Of a stretch of DNA of 64,000 nt, positions 52,160-61,716 are shown one piece after another. Source of the stretch: Azolla caroliniana. Its lineage: Eukaryota; Plantae; Polypodiophyta. A model generated the notes under the pieces. It searched no databases. It was not told the origin of the DNA and saw only the letters and a program-made list of their open reading frames with translations. A program made the translations under genes and the position numbers. Location: positions 1 to 64,000 of the forward strand of contig JBHGNT010000015.1 of NCBI GenBank assembly GCA_043228905.1, read 5' to 3'. Position 1 is the stretch's first letter; each line of letters opens with the position of its first letter.

Positions 52160-53284
52160 GAGAGCATTTGCATTTACATCAAAAGAAATAGGATGTGCTG
52201 ACCCGAAGATAGTGGAGCCGATGGTGATCTTCACGATTGACCATGCGCCGTGGAACCTGAAGCCGATTCCGGTGCCACGGGCGCATATTCCGAAAATCAT
52301 CGACTTGGTCAAGGAGAAGGTGGCAATGGGGATTCTAGAGCCATCAAATGCTCCGTACTCAAATCGATGGTTTACGGTTCCGAAGAAGAATGGGTCACTC
52401 CGATTTATTCAAGATTTGCAACCGGTAAACAAGGTCACGATCCAGAACTCCAGAGTCGGTCCAATAGTGGACGAATTTGCGGAAGCATTTGCCAGTCGCG
52501 CGATATACTCCATCGGAGACCTATACTCCGGATATGACCAATTCCAACTAGTTGTGAAGAGCCGAGACATCACTACCATGCGGACACCGATAGGATTAGT
52601 CCGAATGTGTAAGCTACCACAAGGCGCGACGAACTCAATCGCACATATGATGAATGCGATGAACAAGGTGCTCCGGGATTGCATACCGGAGATAACGATG
52701 TCGTTCCTAGATGACATTCCGATGAAAGGGTGTGCGGTGGAAGAAAAAGATGAAACTATGGATGATCGGGGATGCCGAAAGTTCGTAGTCGACCATATTT
52801 GCGATTGTGAGAAAGTGTTACAGAAGTTAGAAGATGTGCATCTAACACTTTCCGGAGAGAAATCGGCATTCGGACAAGAAGAAATATTGGTAGTCGGACA
52901 CCTATGTGGGCCCTACGGCCGAAGACCGTCACCAACCAAGATCGACGCGATTCAAGCTATGAAAGAAGTATGCGAGTCACAATCCGAAGTTCGAAGGTTT
53001 CTTGGAGCATGTGCATTCTACCACATATGGATTCCGCACTATGCAGATATAGCGGACCCACCCTATCACTTGTTGCGGAAGGGTAAGAAGTTTGAATGGA
53101 AACCGGAGCATACCAAAGCCGTGAAGAAGCTCAAGAAATCACTACGGAGGGCAGAAAAACTAAAGAAGCCAAACTATGACCAACCGATCATAGTAACGGT
53201 TGACACAAGTCCAACCGGAATCGGATGGGTCATCAATCAAGCCGATTCGGAGCAAAGGTACTCAACGAAAAGCAATGCGGATAT
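52160..53284 (+). pseudogene. pol: Family-G reverse transcriptase and RNase H start
   Basis: WFTVPKKNGSLRFIQDLQPVN, DLYSGYDQ, LPQGATNS, FLDD, VRRFLG; a 28-bp deletion near 53246 shifts the frame. Confidence 0.92.
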
Positions 53285-53418
53285 TGTCAGGAACGCTACC
53301 TAGGCGGAGAAGGAATTAGTACTAAAAGAAGGATTAGTACAATTGTTGAGAACAGTACTAAGACAGAGAAGGATTAGTACTATGAGAGGTGTAGAACGTT
53401 GAGAGAAGGAACGAGTGA

Positions 53419-53456
<38 letters not shown>

Positions 53457-53746
53457 TGATACGAAGGATATATGTATTAGGTGAAGGAAAATATACAATA
53501 ACAGCTAGAAGGCTTAAGACTGGCGTTGAACCGATTTGGTTCGAACTAATGCCTTGCGCCTCCTTTTATAGTGTCTTCAGGAATACTCCTGAAGTTTCTA
53601 GAATGTTCCAGAGAAATCTGGAATATACATCCATTTCCTAATAAAATATAAATGAAAATAATATACTTCGAATTACAATGTATAATATAACGGTAAAGAC
53701 TCGACCCATGTAACAACAGGTTATGGGTTCGAGTCTAGTTATGACA
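53285..53746 (-). repeat. Chromovirus 3' LTR
   Basis: TGTCA..TGACA termini; (GA)15 tract. Confidence 0.97.
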
Positions 53747-56700
53747 CTATCCCCCCTTTAAAACGACGAGTTCCACGAGTCGTTTTAGATTGAGGACCCG
53801 GTTTCTCTGGATATCGACGATGGAAGTCTTCAAGAAGAGCACGAGCATTGGTCACGTTCTCGATCGGCTCCCAAGTACGCTCGCTGGGACTATACCCTAG
53901 CCAATCGACTAGATAGTAGAGCTTATTGCGAACAATCTTGGAATCAAGGATGGTAGCAACCTCATACTCAGGTCCATCTTCAAGCTCGATAGGAGGTGGA
54001 GGTTGTGTAATTCGTCCTGGGATAGTGCTCTCGTGATAAGGTTCAAGGAGGGAACTATGAAATACCGGATGTATCCGAAGTTGCGGAGGTAGATCGAGAC
54101 GAAAAGCGACATCATTAATCTTTCCGATAATACGGAAAGGACCTAATCGCCGATAATCCAATTTTTCACATGGGCGAGTAGTCTTGATGTGTCGTCGTAG
54201 CAGCCACACCCGATCCCCAATGTTAAAACTGGATGAAAGTCGATGACGATCCGCGTAGTCCTTGTGTGATTGTTGAGCATGCTGGAGTTGAGTAGATAAA
54301 TCTTCTTGTATCTTGCGTAATCGCTCCAAACGATCCTCCGCGCACGGATTTGTGGACACTTCTGGGACTTCAAGGACAGACCACCGGGGATGATATCCCG
54401 TATAAGCATAGAATGGCGTAACTTTAGTCGATGCGTGGATAGCGTTATTATAGGCAAATTCGGCGAAGTGAAGAATATCTGCCCAGTCATCCTGATGATA
54501 GCTGAGAAAGCACCGCAGATACTGCTCCAATGTTTGATTTGTTCGTTCGGCTTGACCGTCGGTTTGTGGGTGGTAGCCGGAGGAGAGGTTACAAGTCACC
54601 TTGAGCATCTTAAAAAGGTGCTTCCAGAATTTGGATACAAACTGGGGTCCACGATCGCTAATGATACTATCGGGAAGTCCATGATGCCGACATACTTCCC
54701 GCATGACAATTTCGGCGGTGTCTTCACTAGATATTTCCTTAGTACATGGTAAGAAATGAGCCATCTTCGTATATCGATCCACCACTGTTAGAATCGCGTT
54801 GAACTCCTTAGAGACTGGAAGATCTGTGATGAAGTCGAGAGCAATGGATTGCCATGGCTTGCTTGGAATTGGTAATGGTTCTAATAAACCATATGGATGA
54901 TGCCTTGGCATTTTCGCTCTGCAACAGGTGTCACAAGTCCGAACAAAATCTTTGACAAATTGTTGCATACGGGGCCACCAGAATGATCGTTGTACTAAAT
55001 CTAATGTTTTAGTACTACCGAAATGTCCTGCTGTATATGTGTCATGGCAGTTTTGTACTACTCGAAGGCGGCAAGAACCATTAGGAACATACAAAAGTTC
55101 TTTAAAGAAGAGTAATCCATCACAGTATTTAAATTGCCGATAGTCAGTACCTGGTGGTTGTGACTGTGAACATGACGCTCGACAGGGGTCAATTTGTGCT
55201 AGTATAGCTTGGGCGAAGGCGTCAGTCTTCAAGTCCTCACGTATAGTATTGGTGACGTCAGAGTCCATGGGCATGTCAAAGACCTGTGCTCCTTGTAGTC
55301 GTGCTGGTCCCAAGATTACTTGCTTCTGGTTATCGAAAGCTGGCTCCCCGGGACGTGGTGTTAGATACGAACGTCGTGATAATGCATCTGCCTTCCCTTG
55401 GTGCTTCCCCGGACGATATGTAATTTTGAAGTCGAAGCGTGTGAGGAAGTGGGCCCATCGAGCTTGACGTCGATTCAGTACACGAGCATCTTGAAAGTAG
55501 GCAAGGTTCTTGTGGTCACTGAATACAGTGACTTGATGAGGAGATCCCTCGAGAAAATGCCTCCACTGTATAAAAGAATCAACTATTGCCAATAGCTCTT
55601 TATCGTGAATTTCGTAGTTGTTTTCGGCGGCGTCAAACTTACGGGAGTGGAAAGCCACAGGATGCAGCTTCTCGTCATTACCCTGTTGTGACAAAATGCT
55701 CCCCAATGCGAAATCAGATGCGTCAGCTTCGATAATGAATGGTTGTTCCGGATCCACATGACCTAGAATTGGAGCTGATGTGAACGCCTTCTTAAGACTC
55801 TCGAAAGCCATGTCCGTTTCTTTAGACCAGATAAATGATTGTCCTTTCCTGGTGAGCTGTGTGAGAGGCAGAACTATTTTTGAGTAGTCTTGTATGAACT
55901 TCCGGTAAAAATTTGCAAAGCCTAGGAAGCACTGCACATCCCGCACCGAACGCGGAGTTTGCCATTCTACCACCGTTTTGACCTTAGCTGGGTCCATAGA
56001 GATGCCTTCTGAGGAGATGACATATCCGAGAAATTCCACCTGGTTGCACCCGAAACTACATTTCTCTAGCTTTGCATATAGCCTATGTTCTCGAAGTCGT
56101 TTTAGTACTAATAGTACATGAGAATCATGTTCTTCTTGGGTCTTTGAATAAACCAGTAGATCATCTAAATAGATGATCAGAAAATCATCCAATAGATCTC
56201 GAAATATATCATTCGCCATGTGCTGGAAGACTGCTGGCGCATTAGTGAGTCCGAACGGCATGACCGTATACTCGAAGTGCCCATATCTGGTGCGAAACGC
56301 GGTCTTCCATTCATCTCCTGGTCGGATTCGTACGAGGTTATAGGCTCCTCGTAAATCGATCTTCGTGAAGAACCTGGCACCATTGATTCGTTCTAAAAGA
56401 CTTGAGATAAGGGGAAGAGCATACCTATTTCTTATTGTAACCTTATTCAAGCCACGGTAATCTACAACAAGTCGAAGCGAGCCATCTTTTTTCTTGACGA
56501 AGAAAATGGGTGCGCCGGCTGGAGATTTCGAATGCCGAATGAAACCGTTCTCCAAATTCTCCTCTATATAGGCTCGAAGGACTTCTAGCTCGGTTGGTGA
56601 CAAATTGTAGATCGGCCCCCATGGCGGCTCTTTTCCCGGTTGTAAGTCGATGGCGCAATCGTACGGCCGATGATGAGGAAGTGTGTTGGCTTGTACTTTA

Positions 56701-57326
56701 TCGAACACATCAGCGTACTGACGATACTTCTCGGGGAGTTGAACAGTACTGTCTTCTTTAGTGGTGATGGAGGGGTTTACTGATATTGCGAAAAGGAACA
56801 TCTCCTCCTTGCGCCCTTCTTCACGCAACTGATGTAGCGAAATGGTTGCCATTGTCTTTTGGGTTTGTCGACACCGGATTGCCCTTGTTCTCCAATCTAT
56901 GTTTGGATTGTGTAATTCGAACCATGGTAATCCTAAAACTATGGGATGTTCTGAGATACTAATAATATTAAACGACACTACACATGCTAAGTTATCTAGG
57001 ACAATATTAACAGGTTCTGACTCTTCTATGATATTCCCAGAAGCAATGGGACGACCATCAATGACTACTACTGAGGCTGGACACGGGAGCTTACTGAGGG
57101 ATATCTGATGGGCTTGGGCAAAATTCCTATCCATAAAGCAAGAATTAGCTCCGGAATCTAGAAGTGCTAAGGTATGTACTGGAGGGGTACTTTTAGTACT
57201 AACTGCTACTTGGGCTACGAACACATCACTAACTTGCTTAGAGGGAATGGAACCACTAATGGGCTGCACAGATCTAGGGCTGTCCAACCAAACGGCTCCT
57301 ATTTTGGCTGGACTTAATAGTTTAAC
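53739..57326 (-). CDS. pol: Chromovirus Pol (PR, RT, RNase H, INT, GPY/F, chromodomain), probably made as a Gag-Pol fusion by -1 frameshift
   Basis: LLDSGA; YLDD; EADASD; H..H..CDTC; LDF/SDRG/AERTN; LGPFRI; YEVATILDSK..YLVDWLGY..TWEP (chromodomain with aromatic cage). The frame has no ATG at its start (track start is TTG 57287) and stays open up to the slippery site. Confidence 0.95.
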   Translation of the reverse strand, partial: VKLLSPAKIGAVWLDSPRSVQPISGSIPSKQVSDVFVAQVAVSTKSTPPVHTLALLDSGANSCFMDRNFAQAHQISLSKLPCPASVVVIDGRPIASGNIIEESEPVNIVLDNLACVVSFNIISISEHPIVLGLPWFELHNPNIDWRTRAIRCRQTQKTMATISLHQLREEGRKEEMFLFAISVNPSITTKEDSTVQLPEKYRQYADVFDKVQANTLPHHRPYDCAIDLQPGKEPPWGPIYNLSPTELEVLRAYIEENLENGFIRHSKSPAGAPIFFVKKKDGSLRLVVDYRGLNKVTIRNRYALPLISSLLERINGARFFTKIDLRGAYNLVRIRPGDEWKTAFRTRYGHFEYTVMPFGLTNAPAVFQHMANDIFRDLLDDFLIIYLDDLLVYSKTQEEHDSHVLLVLKRLREHRLYAKLEKCSFGCNQVEFLGYVISSEGISMDPAKVKTVVEWQTPRSVRDVQCFLGFANFYRKFIQDYSKIVLPLTQLTRKGQSFIWSKETDMAFESLKKAFTSAPILGHVDPEQPFIIEADASDFALGSILSQQGNDEKLHPVAFHSRKFDAAENNYEIHDKELLAIVDSFIQWRHFLEGSPHQVTVFSDHKNLAYFQDARVLNRRQARWAHFLTRFDFKITYRPGKHQGKADALSRRSYLTPRPGEPAFDNQKQVILGPARLQGAQVFDMPMDSDVTNTIREDLKTDAFAQAILAQIDPCRASCSQSQPPGTDYRQFKYCDGLLFFKELLYVPNGSCRLRVVQNCHDTYTAGHFGSTKTLDLVQRSFWWPRMQQFVKDFVRTCDTCCRAKMPRHHPYGLLEPLPIPSKPWQSIALDFITDLPVSKEFNAILTVVDRYTKMAHFLPCTKEISSEDTAEIVMREVCRHHGLPDSIISDRGPQFVSKFWKHLFKMLKVTCNLSSGYHPQTDGQAERTNQTLEQYLRCFLSYHQDDWADILHFAEFAYNNAIHASTKVTPFYAYTGYHPRWSVLEVPEVSTNPCAEDRLERLRKIQEDLSTQLQHAQQSHKDYADRHRLSSSFNIGDRVWLLRRHIKTTRPCEKLDYRRLGPFRIIGKINDVAFRLDLPPQLRIHPVFHSSLLEPYHESTIPGRITQPPPPIELEDGPEYEVATILDSKIVRNKLYYLVDWLGYSPSERTWEPIENVTNARALLEDFHRRYPEKPGPQSKTTRGTRRFKGGIVS
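57275..57326 (-). promoter_or_regulatory. Programmed -1 ribosomal frameshift signal
   Basis: G_UUA_AAC (57326-57320), 6-nt spacer, 11-bp stem GUCCAGCCAAA/UUUGGUUGGAC, loop able to pair with downstream GCCCUA. Confidence 0.85.
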
Positions 57327-58504
57327 TCTTCTTCTAACTGACTAAGGACATCAAATTTGTTGACTAAATTTGGACTATAAGTACTATTAGAACTTTCATG
57401 CATACCTAGGGAAGTAGACTCAGTTTTAGTATTATTAAGACTATCAGACACACCTAGGGAAACAGACTCGGGTTTAGTACTATTAGTACAGGCAATTATT
57501 TGGTTTACCTGTCTTTTTGGTCTATTGGGACAGTTTACTGCAATATGCCCTGGTCCCCCGCAATACAAACATAGTCGATGTGCCCTGCGTCGCTGCTTTT
57601 CTTCTTCCGATAGTGGTCCGCGACGACGTGTGGTGTCGATCTCCATTGGAGTCGGAGTATTCGTTGGAGATGTACTGAAGGACTCCCTTGAAAAAGGCTT
57701 TGCTACGATTGAAGCATAGGTAGGCTCCGATCTTGTCCTTGGCATTTGGAACTGACGTTCCGAGCGTCGTTCGAAGAGGCGGTTATCGCATCGCACCGCA
57801 CGACTGATTGCTTCGGTCAATGATTTTGGCTCTTCGGGGAAAGTTAAGAGTAGATCTTTAACATCATTCCGTAGGCCAAAGCGAAATTGTTCCATCAATG
57901 CCTGGTCATCCCAGGGAATATCGCTGGCAAGAAGACGGAAGTCCGCAGCATAAGCTGAGGCCGGCCGCTCACCTTGGCGCAATCTCCGGATTTTGTTGAT
58001 GGCGGTTCTGACACTGTCAGTATCTCCGAAACAAGATTTAAACTCGCTCATAAACTCTTCAAAATTATTTAACATGGGAGAGTTTTTCTCTAACAGAGGG
58101 GCGAACCATGCCAAAGCCGTGCCACTAAGTAGAGTGCCAACTAGTCCCACTCGGGATGCATCGGTGGGATATCGAGAAGGATGCATTTGGATCACTAGAC
58201 GTACCTGGTTGAGGAATCCTCTAAACTGTGATCTGGTCCCATCAAATTTTGTAGGGAGACCGATCTTGGGTTCTCTGTGAATCCCTTGATTACCTGATCC
58301 TTGTTGTTGGAGTGATATAATGGTCGCTTCGAGTTGTTGTACCCGTAGCGTCAGCTCCCCATGTTGTTGCTGTTTTTCCAGCGCCGTTTGTTGAAGATCC
58401 CCCAACAGGCGGTGATTTTCTTGTTCAAGCGCTAAAAATTTCTCTTTTAAGGACTGGAGCTCCGAGAAAACAGATTGGTATTCTTGAGCGCTAACAGTTT
58501 CCAT
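57314..58504 (-). CDS. gag: Chromovirus Gag (coiled coil, capsid, CCHC knuckle)
   Basis: First ATG METVS at 58504; PTKFDGTRSQFRGF, LRQG..YAADF, PMEID, CLYCGGPGHIAVNC. Confidence 0.93.
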   Translation of the reverse strand: METVSAQEYQSVFSELQSLKEKFLALEQENHRLLGDLQQTALEKQQQHGELTLRVQQLEATIISLQQQGSGNQGIHREPKIGLPTKFDGTRSQFRGFLNQVRLVIQMHPSRYPTDASRVGLVGTLLSGTALAWFAPLLEKNSPMLNNFEEFMSEFKSCFGDTDSVRTAINKIRRLRQGERPASAYAADFRLLASDIPWDDQALMEQFRFGLRNDVKDLLLTFPEEPKSLTEAISRAVRCDNRLFERRSERQFQMPRTRSEPTYASIVAKPFSRESFSTSPTNTPTPMEIDTTRRRGPLSEEEKQRRRAHRLCLYCGGPGHIAVNCPNRPKRQVNQIIACTNSTKPESVSLGVSDSLNNTKTESTSLGMHESSNSTYSPNLVNKFDVLSQLEEELNY

Positions 58505-58585
58505 TTTGATAGGGAGAATAAGGGTATTAGTATGAAGAGAAGGAGGATAAAAGGGAAGGAAGAGGGAGAGAAAGACCAGATGGAA

Positions 58586-58597
58586 AAATCGGTTCAA
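58586..58597 (-). promoter_or_regulatory. Self-priming-type PBS (non-tRNA)
   Basis: TTGAACCGATTT 2 nt after the 5' LTR, no TGG; perfectly complementary to LTR sequence 58850-58839. Confidence 0.8.
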
Positions 58598-58599
58598 AC

Positions 58600-58733
58600 T
58601 GTCAGGAACGCTACCTAGGCGGAGAAGGAATTAGTACTAAAAGAAGGATTAGTACAATTGTTGAGAACAGTACTAAGACAGAGAAGGATTAGTACTATGA
58701 GAGGTGTAGAACGTTGAGAGAAGGAACGAGTGA

Positions 58734-58769
<36 letters not shown>

Positions 58770-59059
58770 TGATACGAAGGATATATGTATTAGGTGAAGG
58801 AAAATATACAATAACAGCTAGAAGGCTTAAGACTGGCGTTGAACCGATTTGGTTCGAACTAATGCCTTGCGCCTCCTTTTATAGTGTCTTCAGGAATACT
58901 CCTGAAGTTTCTAGAATGTTCCAGAGAAATCTGGAATATACATCCATTTCCTAATAAAATATAAATGAAAATAATATACTTCGAATTACAATGTATAATA
59001 TAACGGTAAAGACTCGACCCATGTAACAACAGGTTATGGGTTCGAGTCTAGTTATGACA
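58600..59059 (-). repeat. Chromovirus 5' LTR with TATAAAA at 58883-58877
   Basis: Direct repeat of 53285-53746; (GA)14 tract. Confidence 0.97.
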
Positions 59060-59064
59060 GATAT

Positions 59065-60880
59065 GCACAAGTTAAAAGAGAATTATGGGGAGTCGTGTCA
59101 GCAATCAAATCGGATCGAGATTATTTGATCGGAGCCGAAGTAGTGATCGAAACGGATTGTCTTCCGATACTCGGGATGATGCGGTGTTGCACGATACCAG
59201 ATGTGGCTATGCTAAGATGGATTGCGTATCTTAAGTCACTTAATCCGGAGGTAAGACACATCTCCGGAAAAGACAACGTTGTAGCAGATATGCTATCAAG
59301 GGCGCGGTTCGGAGATGACATAACCGAATCCGATAATGAAGAAGTTTCCGAAGACTACTTTGCTTCGGAGCACATATGCTGGGTGGACGTAATCCAAGAA
59401 TTTCGGGAAGAAGAATACGAGGGAGAAAGCTTGTTGATCGGGAAAATACTACGAGAAATCAAGGAATCATCGGACAATAAAGAGAAGAGAGCCGAGATCC
59501 GAAGTAAGAAACGGCAAGTCCGAAAGTTCTTCTTGAAAAATGGATTTTTATGGATGGAGGCATACCACTTCGAGTAATCGGGACAAAAGAGCAATGAAAC
59601 CAGGTAATGTCCGAATTTCACGAATCTGATTGGGTTGGACATCGGGGAACATGGGCAACATTTGGGAAGATCAAGCAAAGATATTGGTGGAAAAATATGT
59701 ACAAAGATGTCGCGGAGTTCACGGAAAGCTGCGAGAAGTGTCAAATCTACTTCGGAGTTCGACACCGAGATGAGTTACATCCGACATTCTCACCGACAAT
59801 CAACTTCAAATGGATGGTCGACATTGTAGCCATGCCAACCGGGATCGGACAAAAGAAGTACTTGGTGTTAGCTCGGGAAGATCTCACAAATCAAGTAGAA
59901 GGTCGGGCGCTACGAAGAAAAACGTGTTCTGCGGTATGTCAATTTCTTTTGGAAGAAGTGTTTTGCAGGTACGGGTGCGTAGGACAAGTGATTGCGGATC
60001 GGGGAGAACTTGACTCTGATAAAGCTAGGGGATTCTTCGCCAAACATGGAGTTCGGTTAACACTAACAACGGCATACAATCCGGAAGCCAACGGGAAGGT
60101 CAAGCGAGGACATAGTCCGATCGTCAAAGCACTTGCCAAAGCATGCGACGGAAGGGTGATGGATTGGCCGCAGATGCTCCCGTATGCACTATGGGCGGAT
60201 CGGACAACGCATAGCTCCGTAACCGGTTACATGCCGGCAGAACTTATGACCGGACAAGCACCGGTAATGCCGACGGAAACCGCAATCGCGACATGGACAA
60301 TGCTACCATGGAAGGAAGAGATGAGCCGGGAAGAACTACTAGCGGTCCGGATACGACAACTGGAGGGAAGACCGGAAGATGTAGCGGAAGCGTCACGCCG
60401 ACAACAAGAAGCGCGACTCCGGAACAAAAGCCGGTTCGACACCAAGCACCGACTACGACCACGGAAGATTGAAGAAGGAGATTGGGTGATTGTCTATGAT
60501 AGTAGTTTGGATCATCAACATACAACGGTACGGAAGTTCGCAAAAAGGTGGTTCAGCCCATATGAGGTTCGGAAAGTTTTCGACAACGGAACTTTACCGA
60601 CTATGCGAGTTGGATGGAACGATGCTACGAGTGCCTATAGCCGGGAAACGGGTGAAGATTTTCAAGAAGCGGACTGATGAAGAACCCTATGTGATCCTAG
60701 ACAAGACCGACCAAAAGGAGCAATCGGACGAAGATCGCGGTGATACAGAAAGCGAAGAAAGTGGATTAGAACTCATAGTCGACTTAAGGGGAGAATCGGA
60801 GAAGCTTCGGATGAAGGTGAATAGCAAGCATCGGGGACTTCGGCACATACCGGAGGATGTGCGGGTTAGGAGGGGGCGAG
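59065..60880 (+). pseudogene. pol: Family-G RNase H C-part and integrase, disrupted
   Basis: ETDCLP..NVVADMLSR; HESDWVGH..CEKC; VDIV, ADRG, NGKVKRGH (expected catalytic E appears as K); frameshifts near 59570 and 60595. Confidence 0.9.
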
Positions 60881-61716
60881 TGTCGTAGTGTAATTCGTAC
60901 ACTACGTGAAAAATTACATTTTTTGTCTCTCCGGATAGGACATGGAGTACCCGATGAGAACCGGAAGAAGGAACCGGTAAGGACTGAAACCGGTAAGGAG
61001 ACCCGGCAAGAGCCGGATGAAGAAGGCCAGTGAGAGTCAGTGAGAAACGGACGAAGAGATTGGTAAGGAGGTCCCGGTAAGAACCGGACAAAGAAAACTA
61101 TCAAGCACCGGATGAAGCAGAGCCGGAAAGAGCCGGATGAAGGCCGGTGAGAGTCTCTCACCGGATGAAGAGACATATTTGTAGATAGAAGAAAGTATAA
61201 AAATATATATATTACATGCATAGGGCAAGATTCGAACCTTGCACCTCCATGTTAATAATGTTAAGCCTTATCATTATAGTAGGGTATTATGAATTTTAAT
61301 GCATACTAAACTTTATCCCATGTAAAATTTCTAGACATGCATGGTATAAAAGTTATTCATGCATAGACACTTGAGTTAAAAGAAAAGATGAGATAGAAAG
61401 CTAATCATGCACATGCAATGTGCATGAAAACTAAAGATAGAAAAAGCATGATGCTTGCATGTGATAAACTTAGACTCTTCCAACGTTATATAAGGAAGAG
61501 AGAAAGATTTATAGAGGTTGTTGATTATTTTACAAGGATTTTGATCAATCTAATATATTCGTGGGATTCACGAGTTTCATATCTTCTTTTCAAATATTTC
61601 TCTTTCTTGCAATCGATTCATAAGGAGTCTTATCTCATATTCTTCCTTCTCCTAGTCCAAAACCTCAGCGGTTCCCACCCGACTCACGCAACGATCCGGA
61701 GCCGAAAGGCACGACA
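60881..61716 (+). repeat. Family-G 3' LTR (836 bp)
   Basis: Follows the PPT; TGTCGT..ACGACA; homologous to 43463-44304 and 34154-34957. Confidence 0.95.
61229..61281 (-). promoter_or_regulatory. tRNA-like Pol III A-box/B-box cassette in LTR (also 43898-43950 +, 34371-34423 -, 53683-53735 +, 58996-59048 +)
   Basis: TACTATAATGATAAG ... GGTTCGAATC with 44 nt between the A-box T and the G of GTTC; function not shown. Confidence 0.6.

Larger units (their letters stand above)
53285..59059 (-). mobile_element. Intact chromovirus (Ty3/gypsy, Tcn1/Tf1-sushi-like)
   Basis: LTRs 58600-59059 (5') and 53285-53746 (3') differ visibly only by one GA unit; perfect TSD GATAT (53280-53284, 59060-59064); PPT AAAGGGGGGATAG (minus, 53747-53759); intact gag and pol. 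Confidence 0.98.
46331..61716 (+). mobile_element. 5'-truncated, decayed non-chromovirus Ty3/gypsy (family G) hosting two nested elements
   Basis: pol pieces 46331-46887, 52160-53284 and 59065-60880 join up after removing the inserts (..MLEQHG|RAFAFTSKEIG.. in frame); PPT AGGAGGGGGCGAG 60868-60880; 3' LTR 60881-61716. Confidence 0.9.

Noticed and set aside
43463-61716. Inverted 5' LTR and forward 3' LTR as two ends of one element split by an inversion
   Set aside because: One is flanked by satellite and the other by non-satellite DNA, and the flanks (ACGT versus GCGT) do not match exactly; separate insertions are simpler.
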